A stretch of 64,000 nt of DNA, from positions 2,852,001 through 2,916,000 of the forward strand of contig MU053304.1 of the NCBI GenBank assembly GCA_013239625.1. The letters are read 5' to 3'. Under the pieces are notes generated by a model. The model did not search any database. It was not told the DNA's origin and saw only the letters and a program-made list of their open reading frames with translations. Source of the DNA: Lama guanicoe (taxonomy: Eukaryota). Shown piece after piece: positions 36,850 to 49,910 of the stretch. Positions within the stretch are counted from its first letter, which is position 1, and the number at the start of each line of letters is the position of its first letter. Position numbers and translations under genes: made by a program.

Positions 36850-38400
36850 AATACTCAGGAGAGAGGCTGAATGGAAGACAGTCACTATAGAGATTCAAAT
36901 TTGTAGTCTAGGAGGTAAAGGAAAAGAATTATCTCAAACTACTAATTTTAGAAAATAAAAAGCATACAAAAGCCAGAAAATAGATCTAGGAAATCTAACA
37001 TGAGAATAGCAGAAGCGTCTGAAGGAGAAAAAGGAACACTGAAAGGAAAATAATAATTAAATAATTTAAAAAGAAATGTTTAACTTAACTTAAAAAAAGA
37101 CCTGAGTCCTCAGATTGAAATGATTCACCAAGCTACTGGAAAGATTAATAAAAGATGAAATGGCCAACTAAGTGCATATGACCTTCCATTAAAAATAGAC
37201 TGCAGAAAAAATGAACCGGAGAGAACCATGCACTTTATCAAGGAAGAATGCTTCAATTTTGTGATACTTAATGATATAAGCAAAAGTTTAAAAGAAACTA
37301 TACACCTATATTATGGATATGGATGCAAGGAACAAATGCTCTCATGTATTGCTAATGAATATTTAAATTGTTCTAACCTGTTTAGATAGGAAACCAAAAA
37401 ATTTGTTAAAATGTACATTACATATGTGCCCTTCAATTCACAAATCCCACTTTTTGTGTTGTACCCATAAAACTGAAAATGAGCAATGGTATTCTTCATA
37501 GTGGCAGCAACAGAAACAAACCAACCAACAAATCTGGAAGCAAAATGACTGCCATTAATAAGAGAATGGTTGGGAAAATTACACTACCTCAGCTCACAGA
37601 ATAAAATGTAGTCATTGTGAAAAATGAGCGGAAGCTGTATCACGACACTTGGCAGGATTCCCAAAATGTACTGTTGAATGAGAAAAGACAAACATAGAGA
37701 AAGGTCTATAACATGACCTCATTTTTATAAAGTAATGTTCAAATCCCCCTTACATATATATATATACACATACATGAATATAGGTTATATGTCAAGTTCT
37801 TATCACAAGATCAGGGTGTGGAAGCATAGAGATTTTACATGGAAAAGACAGTGAAAGGAGGAGGGTAAATTAAGTAAAAAGGAACAGAATAAAATAAAGA
37901 TTGCACTTTTGATTCAGCAAAATATACTCTCATGTATTATGGATGGAAAACCCAACATGTATTATGACACTATTTATTGAAAATTATAGTGTGTGTATGC
38001 AATACTAGAAAAAAATATATATATAAAGTTCAATACATGGGTGTGCATATGAGAAACATGTTGTAACATATATGGTAAAATTCTATTGTTGGAAAAGAAA
38101 ATCCTTATAACTGTGTGTACATACATATACATATTGATAGATACATACAGATGATACAGAGGTAGAGATGGAGATAGAAATAGATCTGTATCTTTAGATA
38201 TATAGACATAGATTTGCTCAGAGAAAAATATAGAAGGCTGTCTATTAAGCTATTAAAATTGATCCCCACACTGATGTGGGTACTGGAGGAAGGAGGAGGA
38301 GATTGGAGTAGAAATGATTAATTTCACCTTTACATATCTCTAACTATTTTTGTTTCATTTATTGTTATGAACCTGTTACCTGTAAAAAAATTGTTTAAAT
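36850..38400 (+). mobile_element. Old L1 fragments (ORF1-like piece, then L1ME-type 3' region)
   Basis: aaatctaacatgagaatagcagaagcgtctgaaggag...ctcagattgaaa (ORF1-like); cccttcaattcacaaatcccactttttgtgttgtaccc...aatctggaagcaaaatgactgccattaataagagaatggttg (3' region). Confidence 0.6.
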
Positions 38401-39036
38401 AAATTAAATACAGCTAGATAAATCAGGTCTATCAGGCACACCACAGAGCTATGGGAAATTTCACTTTTTCTCAATTCTACTTCAGTGTGATATGTTAGCA
38501 TCAAAGATACAAATTAAGGAAGGTGGGATCCCAGGAGAGCAAGAGTTATTTCTGGTCAGAGAAGGTGATGGGAAACAATACCATCCAAAGTAGATTTCTG
38601 AGAAGACATAATTTTGTTTTTAAGTTGTAGCATGAAAAATAAGAAAATACTAATTGGACAAAGAAGACAGGAAAGAGAATTCCAACCAAGTGTGGAAATA
38701 TGACCGAAGGCAAATACATATAATCATAAACTTGTTTTCATGTTTACATTGGAGAGAGATCTAATGCATCTTCGAAAGAAAGGGCCATAGGAGTTCCATG
38801 ATTTTAAAACCAGAACTCAACCACTTCCTAATTATCTGGCAACTGATTTTCATCAAAAATGAAATTCATAGTATTATGAAAATCCAAAGGAATAAAACAT
38901 AAAGTGTTGCAAGTAAGAGAAAATGTTTGAAACTCTAAACAATAAGAAAGATCTTTGAAAGATAACTAAAGAATCCCTGAATTTAAAGGTACTTGAAAGA
39001 TTAGAGCCAATCTACTGTAACTTGCTTTGTTAACCC

Positions 39037-39130
39037 TTTTATTTATTTTTTTAATGGAGGTACTATGGATAGAACCCGGGACCTCGTGCATGCTAAGTAT
39101 GTGCTCTACCACTGAGCTACACCCTCCCCC
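39037..39130 (-). mobile_element. tRNA-derived camelid SINE (Vic-1-like)
   Basis: Reverse strand GGGGGAGGGTGTAGCTCAGTGGTAGAGCACATACTTAGCATGCACGAGGTCCCGGGTTCTATCC...CCTCCATT plus A-rich tail; Pol III A- and B-box-like motifs present. Confidence 0.85.
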
Positions 39131-41214
39131 AACAATTTTAAAGTCTGTTTGATTTCAAAGAGATGCAGATTTCTGTCTCCTTATACATTTAAATAACTCA
39201 CGCTGAAATTTCAGTGATTGTGCACGTTTATTTGTAAGTAGTCCATACACAGCCTCTGAGTGTGTCTTGCTTCAGTGTCTTTTTTTTTTTTTTTAAGCAG
39301 CAGAACTCTTTTCAAATGAAATCTTAGTGTCTCCCAGTATACAAAACAGAGAGAAGAGTGAAATGCCTAAGTGCTTATCTGAAGGCCTGGAGCCCTGACT
39401 GGAATCAAATTCACTCATAGCTCTAAACCAGAGGGCCTTAGTTACATGGCAGACGATGGAATGGCAGTCTGTCTCTCTGATGTCCATCTGTCTGCATGAT
39501 GGCCAGCTTTGTCCCCGCTAAGCCAAGATGACTTTAATGGAACATATGAAATGAAGAACCTCCCCTGTTCCATCTTCTAGCTCCACATGTGCAGCTTGTA
39601 TAGAATTTTATATTTTGTAAACTGTGTTGGCTTGATAGTCAGCTTTTATCAATTTTATGTCATTGTGTGATTTTAAGAATAGATCCATTTTCACTATGAT
39701 TAGGAACTCCCATCAATACTTCCAGCAGGTATCAGTGAGTCAATGGGATTCAGGTAATTGAACCTCTATGGTGCACAAATAAAAAAGACACAATGGTCCT
39801 GCCATCTCTTAGTTTTTTAACTCCTGTGCTGAATGAGAGAGGCAGAAAACCTTCATCCCACAGTGAGAAAAGCCACGGCTGTTGAGCCTTCCAACGTACA
39901 TTCTGTGTTTTACGCTTTTAAAGTCACAACCTTGGAGCTGAACTTTCAAATTAGGTGAAGGACAATTCTGGATATGTCTGCAATGAGGAATAAACTCAGT
40001 GAAGCAGGACAGATGAAAAAAGAAATGAAAATAAGCTTAATAGACAGGACAGCCTATCAAAATGCATTTACAGCCTCTGAAGTAATAGCCCTTCGATTTA
40101 CTGGCCTGGTTTAAGTGGGTGCTGAAAACAAGGGGTGAATTTTAAGAGTTTATCTGCTCTGTTCAGTTTGCGTCATAATGAGAATTTATTATGGAAGAAT
40201 GAGTGCTCCTGTTGCTCCAAACAGCTCTACTAGCTGAGAAACATGTTCTCTTTTGCGTGGACACAGATATGGGTGTGATTTGTCTCTGTCAGAACAATGT
40301 GCAACCTGGAAACTAGAAATGCTGTGCTCATCATAGCCCTGGGCTCTGGCTGCTCCCCCCGCCCCCCCCCACACACAACAGGGGGCTCAGGGCGGCACCT
40401 GCTGGCCTGGAAGGCATTTTCTCTGGAAGGTGAAGGGGAACTTTGCATGGTCAGATTCAGACAGCTTGACTGTGGTTTGAAAGGGAACAGAGGAACGTAA
40501 CCTTTTTAAAGGAGGATAAACTTCCAAGAGACACAAATTACCATTTTATAGAAAATGAATTACCTTGTGTCAGGGTGAGACCCACCAGAAAAAGACAAGA
40601 ATAGAAGATGCGAAAAGGATGCCACGTCTGGCTGATGCTGAGGTCAGGTGTGAGTGCCGGGATCGCAAGTCTTTAAAGCTCCTGAACACAGATGAATTTC
40701 AGCTGTCAGGTGAACCACACTGTTGGAAAATCATTCGGGGACAAAAAGAAGGGAAAACAACAAAGAAGGGAGAAGAATCATTTGGAGCTTCTCTGGCTTT
40801 AATCCAATTGCTTAATTATTAGAAAAGATGTTAAGCATACTTTTTTCCTTCTTTCTGGTACAACTACAGGTTTTCGCTTTGTTCTTAGCATCTAAGGGCA
40901 TATTTAAGTTCCACTGCAGATCATGCCCTTCCAAGCTAACCTGCAGGGCCTCCTGGGATAAAAGATGCTACTTGAAACTTCATCATTCTGCTCCTTAGCC
41001 CCTCCCACGCGAATCTGTCTGACTCAAAGTCTTTACACAAATTATTTGCACTTCTCTAAACCACCTATTCTCTACTTTAGTGGCTAATAGCTCTTCACTG
41101 TTCATATCTCAGCGTAGTCAGCATCTGTCTCTCTCTCCCTGAAGGGCTCCTGGAACTTTGAGGGCTGGAACTGTGCCTTTCACACCCAGTACCGTTTCTG
41201 GTACGTAGTTGACT

Positions 41215-41824
41215 TGTTAAAAAAACAAACTTGGGCCTGCTCACCCACGCACAGTAAAACCAACCTACTGACACGAGATTGTGATGAAAGAAAGGGCAGC
41301 TTCTATCGCAGGGCGCCGAGCAAGGAGTCCAGGTAGCTAGTGCTTAAAAGACCCAAGTTCCCCCGAAGGCTATCAGGGAAAGGTTTTTACAGGTAGGGCG
41401 AGGGAGGGAGGCTGCAGGGTGTATGACCAGCTCCTGTACATTATTCTGATTGGTTGGTGGTGAGGTCACTGGGGCTAACATCATCAACCTTCTGGTTCCA
41501 AGTGATTTGGGGTCTATGTGCTTGTGGGCAGCCACCTGGTGAGGGTTTCAGTAGCTGCAAAACAGCTCAAAGGATATGGCTCAGAATATTATCTCTAGCC
41601 CTTAAGGAGGAGCTGAAGTTCCTTAATTTTGTTTAATGGCTAAAGTGTTAACATTTGTCTTGCTTGACTGTTTTCCTTTCTGCATTTTCTCACTTCTCTG
41701 ATTAAATGTACCCTTTGGAACTCGGGGAAGCCTAGGAGACTAAAGTTTTTCTACAGACAAGAGGCAGGCAGAGGATATGGGGGCTCTGGTTCAGGAAGGC
41801 CCTACTGGGTCCTGCTCAGTTACA
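41215..41824 (-). mobile_element. ERV1-class solo LTR (~610 bp) inserted into an L2 3' end
   Basis: TG...CA termini (tgttaa...cagttaca); near-TSD gact/ggct; ctgattggttggtggtgagg (CCAAT on minus strand); flanks rejoin as an L2 tail (gtacgtagtt|...|ctcatgataaaaattttgagtg). Confidence 0.8.
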
Positions 41825-42364
41825 GGCTCATGATAAAAATTTTGAGTGCAAGCAAGAAAGTCATCTCTATAGTCTGGGACTGGTTTGCTCAGTGACGGAT
41901 TCATCCTGAGTGTCCCTTGAGGCAGCTTTGTCATAGGCCAAAGGCATTCTTTCCTCAAATCAATAAACTGCCTCTCTACAGAAAACTATTATAATAACCC
42001 TACAGCTGCACCATGATTAGAAAGTAAATGGTGCTCCCTGGAATTATACCACAGAGCACATGTTGCACAACCATAAGTAGAAGTCTTAGCAAGAATCACA
42101 AACAAAATTAGGGGCAAGGGGGTAAGTACAGTCAACTGAAAGATCACTGCCAGAAATAGAACTCTCCTTTGACCCTGTGTAGCAGTTATCCTCTGCACTC
42201 TCATTTATGGCCAAACCTTTTGAAATAGTTTAGTCCCATCTCTTTGGTCCTCAGCACTCCATGGAAACTGTTCTTGGCCAAGTCTGTCAAGGACCAATAG
42301 ACCCTTTTTGATGCTTACCTTTCTTGACCTCTTGGCAATGCTGGCACCTCCTTTCCTGAATGCC

Positions 42365-42837
42365 TGTCAAGAACTGTGAAAGAGCTGAGATTTTACCCTA
42401 CTTTCAAGCTGACTGTTACTGTTAAATGAATGCTTGGAAAAGACATGAGATTTCTGGGTCAGAGACAAAAGAACTTGACTATTCCAAGCACAGCAGTAGC
42501 CAGAGTCAGTATGTTTGTGTCAGTTTCTCTTGTCTCCCAGGAACTGTGGGAACACCACAGGTGGATCCCAGGTATATTCCTCACACAGTGAGTTTGCATC
42601 ACACCCAAGGAACACTGAGCTTGGATAACCCACTGTTTTTTTAGTGAGCTGTAAGCAAGAGCCTACTCTTTGTCAGTGGGGAAGGGAATCATCACTTCAT
42701 CCTTTAAGATTGCTTTCTGTAAACACAAGGATGAGAAGCAGCCCTAGTGAAGTGCATTCAAGACCTTGCATTTTTGATGTACCCAGCAAGGACACACAAG
42801 GATGCTCAGGACTCACTGCAGATTGCCTCTGTCAACA
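42365..42837 (-). mobile_element. ERVL solo LTR, LTR40-family, inserted into L2
   Basis: tgtcaagaactgtgaaagagctgagattttaccctactttcaagct...tctgggtcagagacaaaag...gtagccagagt matches the reverse of the LTR40 3' end as recalled; ends in caaca; L2-like sequence on both sides. Confidence 0.8.
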
Positions 42838-45800
42838 GTGTCTTCCCTTAAGCTCTGTAGCACTATATTTTCTTGGTTTTCTAGCTACTTATGTCTTTGG
42901 TCAGCTCTCTTCTTCTGGCCCTATGTGAGCATTTTAAGGAATGTTGTGTTAGTCCTTCCTTCTTGTTCTACATACTCTTTCCCTTCATAATCTCGTGCCT
43001 TAATTAACATCTGTATCAGGGAACACAAACTCAGATTCCTACAGGGGTGAGCAGGTAATGTAGATGAGTGACACACACCAGGAGGAAAGCCAGCATCTGC
43101 CAGAAACGTGATCATCTGCCAGAGACAGACATACTTACTACAAGCATGATAGATACCAAAAATAACGCTTTCAGTAATTTAATAACACTTTAAAGTAAAA
43201 TAATTTCAAGCTATACGCTCTAACCATAGAGACAGACCTCTGTTACATTTTTATATTGTAAGTTATTAGAACTCGATCTGAAACTAAAAACCTGAAATCT
43301 TTTCTTCTTCACAAGATGTCAGTGGCAGGTTTTATAGTTCAGTTTACAATGTGCAGTACCATGTTCAGCTATGACTCCTTTATCTGGATGTGATACTTAC
43401 CTTTACTACTTTCCATAATGGAAAACAACTTTTCCCAGACAGAGATGCTGCCACGGATGGACAGACCTGTGCTTGTTATATTTAAGGTGATTCTTTCTTG
43501 GAGAGAGTGAATTATTGTACTGCAGTGTCATCATTTTTAGATTCTAGTACTAATGGTTTTATGACTCTGCGTTTCAGTAATATCCAGTGGTGGTTCTTCC
43601 TTCACAATTTAAATATTAAGAGAGAGAAATTGAGCAATATTAATTAATTTTACTTGCAGTTTACCATCAACCAGGGAAATCTCTTTAAACATCAGCCTTC
43701 AAAACCATAGTGTGAGGAATGTGGTTCAATGTCATTTGGGAAACAGATTTTAGCACATGAAAGTGAACCAGGTTATTTCTTCCCAAATGACATTTCCAAA
43801 CATATAATTTCAGGATTACTGGGGCAGTGAGATCATGCATTGTGATAGCTATTCAATGGTTAGATGAATTGTACAGGCAACTTAAATGGCCAAATCTTTA
43901 CTGTAATGATGGATCCATGAATAAGTCAGTGTTTTGAGCAGTTAAAATTCTCCTCAGTACTTTGTCTTATGAAGCCTCCCAAACTGTGTCATACATCTAG
44001 TTCACCCAGCATCCTCACCTTGACTTAAACTATAGGAGTATATTGAGTTCATGAAGTTAATTGCAATGCTCATAACATTGTAAGTTTTTAGCCAAAAGAG
44101 ACAAAGAAACAAAAACTACATGTACTACATGAACTAAAATTCTACATTCTTGAAAAATGTTGCCACCCTGCATTTTAGTCTCATGATGTCTGACTTTAAC
44201 ACTGACCACAGGAGCAACACCACCTCTCACGAATTTTGAGCAGTCTACAATAAGCTATTCAACTTCTCTCAATAAAGTAAGTCATTTCCTGATATGATGC
44301 CATCAGGAGCCCTATATCCAAAAGTTCTCAGTAAAATCAAAATGATCAATAATTTTAATAATAAAATTAACTGGCTGGCACTGCATACACAGATAGATGG
44401 TGCAGACAGATAGACTGATAGATAGAAATCAAACTGTGTTTTGAGCAGATGCCACAAATAAATTTTTCATGTAAATTATTTAGTGAAGTCTTAGCGGTAG
44501 CTTCAGCATGCCAAGCAACATTATTTCCGGCTAGACTTTTGTTTGTAAAGGCTTGTTTCTGTTCAGAACACATGATTTCTGCTACACTCAATAGACTTGA
44601 TTTAATAAACCTGTCATCTGTAAAAAAGCAATTGCCCAAACTATTTCCTCTAATGCATAACTAATTCCACAGAAGCAGCAGTTATTTTATTCACATCCCA
44701 AACAAATGCTTTTAAAATTTCAGTCTTTTTCACAGATCACCAATTATTTCATCATACACCTTTTCTTTATGCCTGTGTAGTTCTTTATGATGGATTGTTT
44801 CATAATATTTTATGATTTTGTTCCATTCCTTGTAAACGCAGGTATACTTTGCATATTAAACAGGTGCGTCCAGCACTCACTTTCACAAAGAAATGGGCTC
44901 TCTACCATTTTTCTTAAAACCCACAGTCTTGGTATTTTTATTTTTCCATTTTTAATAAGGATGTGGGTACAGAGACGTATTTCTCTACCACTGAAAAAAA
45001 TACCATGCAGAAAGCAATGGTGTGGCACTTACCGTGAGACCTCAGTGTCCAGGATGCAAGAGAAAGTGATGGAGACTGTGGAGAACAGGGGAGCACATGC
45101 CACAGCTAAAAAGGTCTGGGGAATATTGTCATATGTCCCCAAGTTTCTATAAAGAGGATGGAAATTCAGAATTTTTTTTATGTGAAATCACTCAGCTGTT
45201 TAATGTTACCTCGATTTCACTTAAAACACTACTTATGCTGCATGAAACATATTTCCAGGCTGAATATCACCTTCTTGTGGACTGACAGTGCCAGTTTGCA
45301 GCAAGTAAAAGTAATCGGGTGATATGCGTGACATCAGGGCTAGTAAGATGGGAGTCTCGAATTGGTCACTATGAGATCCATTAGTTTTTCAAGGAAAAAA
45401 GTTTGGTATTTTTTTTTCTTTTCTTTTTTCTTTTTTGTAGTAGCCACAGCTATGGCTGTTTTCCAAGAAAATTCATGCCCTGGATATTCAGAGTACAAAT
45501 ACCTCAGCCCAAATGTCACAGCTATCACCAAGCAAAAACCCTTGTTTGAATCACATAATGTAAACTTTTACTTATGAGGTCATGGGTAAAACTGAGACCC
45601 CCCACCCCAAAACTAGTAATAATAATATCAATAGATAATGATAATACAATAATAAAGCTAATTGATTTAAGCTCTTATCCATGGTACACATACCTGGAAC
45701 CAGGAGAGTCTGTTCGTGCCTGCGACTATTATCCTGTATAACTATGTTGTTATGGAGAAAATTTAACACTAAGAAAATAATATCCATGTATGTCATATTT

Positions 45801-46239
45801 GAAGCACACACATGAAAATGGAGAATTTCGAGATACCCCAAAGGTTGTCCAAAGTTGGTCCAAAATCTGGTGTGGTTTATGGAGCCTTTGTCCAGCTTCA
45901 ACCTGCACTCTCCTCTGAGAGAAGAGGTCACTGCTTTGCCCTCTCATGGGCTGCTCTTGGTAATGTCCCTTCTTCCCATGGTCCTTTCTCCATCACCCGC
46001 CAAACTCAGAGCACTTCCTGAGAACTGTCACCCTCTCCCTGGGGAACACCTCCCCCAAACTCTGCCATCCATCTTGGCTCCCACTTCAAGGCTCTTTGTG
46101 GATTTATTCAAACCACCAGTTGAACTCTGTATGAGGTGCCTCTTGGAAGGAAATTTCTCAACAACCATCATGGATTCAACTACAAAATACGTTAAGGCCC
46201 CAGAAGTAAATATCACATTCCAGGCACTGAGCCATGTTT

Positions 46240-46292
46240 AAAAAAACAAAAACAAAAACAAAAACAAAAACAAAAATAAAACAAAGCAAAGA
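46240..46292. repeat. (CAAAAA)n A-rich simple repeat
   Basis: aaaaaacaaaaacaaaaacaaaaacaaaaacaaaaataaaacaaagcaaag. Confidence 0.95.
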
Positions 46293-46494
46293 AACTTATT
46301 AGACCCCTAGATGCTGAAAATGTATCTAATAATTCTTTTCCAAACTAGAATCTCTGACAATCTAACTTATCATCTTTTAAAAACAGCATAGCATAAAATA
46401 TATAATATAGATCATATAGCATGTCACACAACTACACACCATAGTATATTACGTAGCACATGATATAACATACAGTAAATGCTGTGCTGAAACG

Positions 46495-46705
46495 GCAGCA
46501 TGGCACAGACCTCTAAGACAGACCGCTTGAGAATGAAGCCTGACTATCACTCAGCAGCTCTGTGACTCTGCACAAGTTACTGAACTTTTCTGTATCTCAG
46601 ATTCCTCACATGGGAATCGTAATAGCATCTTCTTCGTGGGACTTTAATAAGGACAGAATGTCCGGCCAAGAAGATGCACAACAAAAGTGCCTGCTACCAC
46701 ATTAG
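46495..46705 (+). mobile_element. MIR SINE
   Basis: cagctctgtgactctgcacaagttactgaacttttctgtatctcagattcctcaca. Confidence 0.75.
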
Positions 46706-47132
46706 TTCTGAAGGTCTCAGCTGGGCACCTGTATAAACTGCCTTGTAAGTCTATTTTTAAAATTAATTTATGTCTAACTATCAAATGTTTGAAGGTCTGT
46801 AGACATTTAATTAACCTTCTCCCTAAAGACTATTTCATCATCAAAAAGAGAAAACAGCAACCTTGGGTGGGAGCACTTCGTTCCAGAGCCACACATGTAA
46901 CACATGGTCAGGTACAACATCGCAGACATTTCACGTGTGAACATCAGGAACATAAAGACACAGTCTCTTCTCGGGGTGTGATATGAGAAAAACCTGCCAG
47001 TTTCGACATTACAAGAAATCCATTTACAACCAGGAACTGGTGAAAAGAATACAAAGTAAAATCCAAAGAGGAGTGTTCAGAACAAGTTGTTTTTGCAACT
47101 GAAATCATTACTTCAGCCTTCCTTCAGCCCCT

Positions 47133-47291
47133 GGTAACAGGGTGCAAAGCTCCAGTTTTGCAAGATGAGTAAGTTCAAGAGACCCGCTGTTCAACATTGT
47201 GCCTCTAGTTAACAACGCTGCATTGTGTCCTTAAACTTTTGTAAGCGCTTAGGTCTCAGTGGAAGTGTTCTTACCACGATTAAAAAAAAAA
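47133..47291 (+). mobile_element. Short L1 3' end (L1MA-type) with poly(A)
   Basis: agggtgcaaagctccagttttgcaagatgagtaagttc...tagttaacaacgctgcattgtg...gtgttcttaccacgattaaaaaaaaaa. Confidence 0.7.
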
Positions 47292-47614
47292 TAGTAGCAT
47301 CTGAATGAATGGTCTTTCCTATATTTAAAGTTTCATCTCACCTATAAAAAAGAATTGGAGGATAAAGTACCAAATCGTAGACCTATGTTTCAGATTGTTT
47401 TTTAGAAGAAAAAAAAATGCTTTCCCTTTCAGCCTTTGCATGGACTGGCTGGAATATTGAGCCAGGACATGAGTTTCTTCTTCAACACTATGACTGCATT
47501 TCAGCCTTTTGCAACTTGTAGAAACCAATTTAGGAAGTGCTCGGGGATGACCATTTTTTTCACAAACACATTAGAAAATTACAAAAAGTGAATAAGCCGG
47601 GAATAAAATATGTT

Positions 47615-48170
47615 ATAGTCACTCTGGACAACAGTTTGGCAGCTTCTTAGAAGTTAAACATTCACTTATCACACAACTGAGTACTCCCATTTCTAGGTAT
47701 TTGCCGAAGTCAGATGAAAATTTATGTTCATGCAAAAACCTGTAGTCAGTGACTAAACAGGTAAATAGATAAACAAACTGTGATAGATCTGAACAATGGA
47801 ATACCACACAGCAGCAAAGAAGAACAAGCAATTTATATACACAACATGGATGAATCTCAAATGCATTTTGCAGAGTGAAAGAACCAGTCTTAAATGGCTA
47901 CATGCTACATGATTCCTCTTACATGACATCTTAGGAAAGGCAAAATTTTGGGAACAGACAACAGGTCTGTGACTGCGGGAGTTTATAGGATCCCTATAAA
48001 GGAGCAACACAAGCAAATCCTTTGGGGTATTGAAAATGTTCTGTATCTCATGGTTTTTACAAGAATCTACACATGTGTAAAACTGCATAGATGTGGACAC
48101 CCTAAAAAAGTGATCCTCGCTGTGTATAAATTTTACCATACAAAAATTTAAAAATTATTAAAAAAAAGAA
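47615..48170 (+). mobile_element. Old L1 3' end (L1MC/L1MD-type)
   Basis: gtcactctggacaacagtttggcagcttcttagaagttaaacat...acaacatggatgaatctcaaatgcattttgcagagtgaaagaaccagtct...A-rich tail. Confidence 0.85.
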
Positions 48171-48254
48171 GTAAATAAACAGACTCTTCTAACAGGGAGT
48201 TAATGAACTACTAGAAGAAAACTTTTCTATTTATTCACACGAATATTAGAATAT

Positions 48255-48312
48255 TATAATGCTGTACACCAGAAACTGACACTTTGTAACAGACTATACT
48301 TCAATTTTTAAA
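48255..48312 (+). mobile_element. Very short terminal L1 3' fragment
   Basis: tgctgtacaccagaaactgacactttgtaacagactatacttcaatt resembles the extreme 3' end of cetartiodactyl L1s. Confidence 0.6.
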
Positions 48313-49063
48313 CATCCACTATCCACGATATATATTTCTGCAAGGGAAGTTATTGAAGAAGGAAGCGTATCAGTTCAAGTGTGAATGGATGTTCTGATGA
48401 GAGGGTGGGGAGTACAGCATGGATGAGAGACCCCCACCCCAGTGGTGCTGCAGGTGTGAGCCAAGGTGCCGAGGAAAGAAAACCCCAGGCATGTTCAGCA
48501 AATACCACTGGCAGTATCTGGCCGGAGCTTAAAAGGCAGAGTTGACAAGCGGAGCGCCGTGAAATGATAGTCCATGCCTTGCTTGGGGGTGGTGAGGATT
48601 AAATGATACAATGATATAATGCACGTATGTTGGTATAATGCAAGTGAGGATTAAAGGATGCAAAATGCAACATAACGCACCTTAATGATATAATGTATGT
48701 ATAAGCACTTGGGGCATGGAGTGACTCATGCCACTTGCTGAAGTTTCTCTAGACATTAGAGGAAAATGGAAGCTTCTTTGGCTGGGAGGAACAGGACACC
48801 GAATGGGCTGGAATTGAGGGAGCTGAAGTTGGGGATGTTAATTGAAGGCTTTTGCTCCTTGTCACAGAGAATGAGGTTCTGAACTGAGCAATGGCAGCAG
48901 GAACAAAGCAGACATGTAGACCTACCTCTGCAACTCTGTAGATGTTCAAGGAATGAGACTAAAAGAAATTAATTTTTAATCTGATGTTAGAATTGAGGAG
49001 GGACATAGAGTTCTGGAGGAGGAAACCGTCCACAGAGTGGTCTTTCCAAAACAGAAACATAAC

Positions 49064-49431
49064 ATTATAGACTGAATGTGTCCCTCACAAATTCATATGT
49101 TCAAATCCTACCACCACAGTGTGATAACTTTGGTTGTTGGGGGCAGGGGGCTTTGGGAGGTTAGATGAGGTAATGAGAGTGAAGTCCTTCTGATGGAGTC
49201 AGTGCCCTTCTCAGGGTGTTAAGAGAGCTTGTTTCCTCTGCTCTGATCTCTGCCCTGGGAGGGCAAAATGAGAGTCAGCAGTCTGCAACCCGGAGGAAGG
49301 TCCTTCCCAGAATCTGACCATGCTCGCACCCGATCTCTCACTTCCAACCTTCAGAGCTGCAAGAAGTAAATTTCTATTGTTTATAAGCCATTAAGTTTAT
49401 AGTTCTGATAGCCGACCAAACTGACTCAGAC
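49064..49431 (+). mobile_element. MaLR solo LTR (MLT1A/MLT1A0-like)
   Basis: ttatagactgaatgtgtccctcacaaattcatatgttcaaatccta...gtctgcaacccggaggaagg...cttccaaccttcagagctgcaagaagtaaatttctattgtttataagcca...ctgactcagac. Confidence 0.85.
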
Positions 49432-49469
49432 GTGTTTATGCCTCCCTTCATCTGGGGGGTCTTTTTCTT

Positions 49470-49910
49470 CACCGATTTTCCATTGCATTCATGATAAAGA
49501 CAAGGTCGTTAAAATTCCCTCCAAGGTCCAGCACACTCTGAAACCTTCTCGTTCCTCTGGCCTCAGAGTTTACCATCTGTCTGCTCACTCCCTACTTTCC
49601 TAATACTCTTCCCTACAAGTTATTAAATGCGCCATGCTCCCTCTTGTTATAAAGCCTTGACGTATGTTACCATTTCCTACCCAGACCCTCCCGTAACTCA
49701 CCCTCCATCTATGCCCCCACCTCACCTCTGACACTTTCGGATCTTCATTCAAACGTCACTCCTCAGGAAGCCGTCCCCCTCTTCCTTTATCAGCTCAGTA
49801 TCCTCTGGCACACACCCTCTGAAGGCCATGGACTCTCCTTTGTCATTCTGATTTCACAGTTATTACTTTCATAAGCACTCAGATATTTTCCCAAGAAATG
49901 AATGAAACAA
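49470..49910 (+). mobile_element. L2 3' fragment
   Basis: ttccattgcattcatgataaagacaagg...tcaaacgtcactcctcaggaagcc...aatgaatgaa. Confidence 0.7.

Noticed and set aside
39037..39130. tRNA-like sequence with A and B boxes (also 57861-58000)
   Set aside because: A-rich tails, a TSD on one copy and no intact cloverleaf indicate SINEs, not tRNA genes.
45572..46241. Cluster of overlapping 60-128 aa ORFs (also 29969-30813 and 50612-51048)
   Set aside because: No recognisable domain or consistent splice structure; lengths are compatible with chance in intronic DNA.
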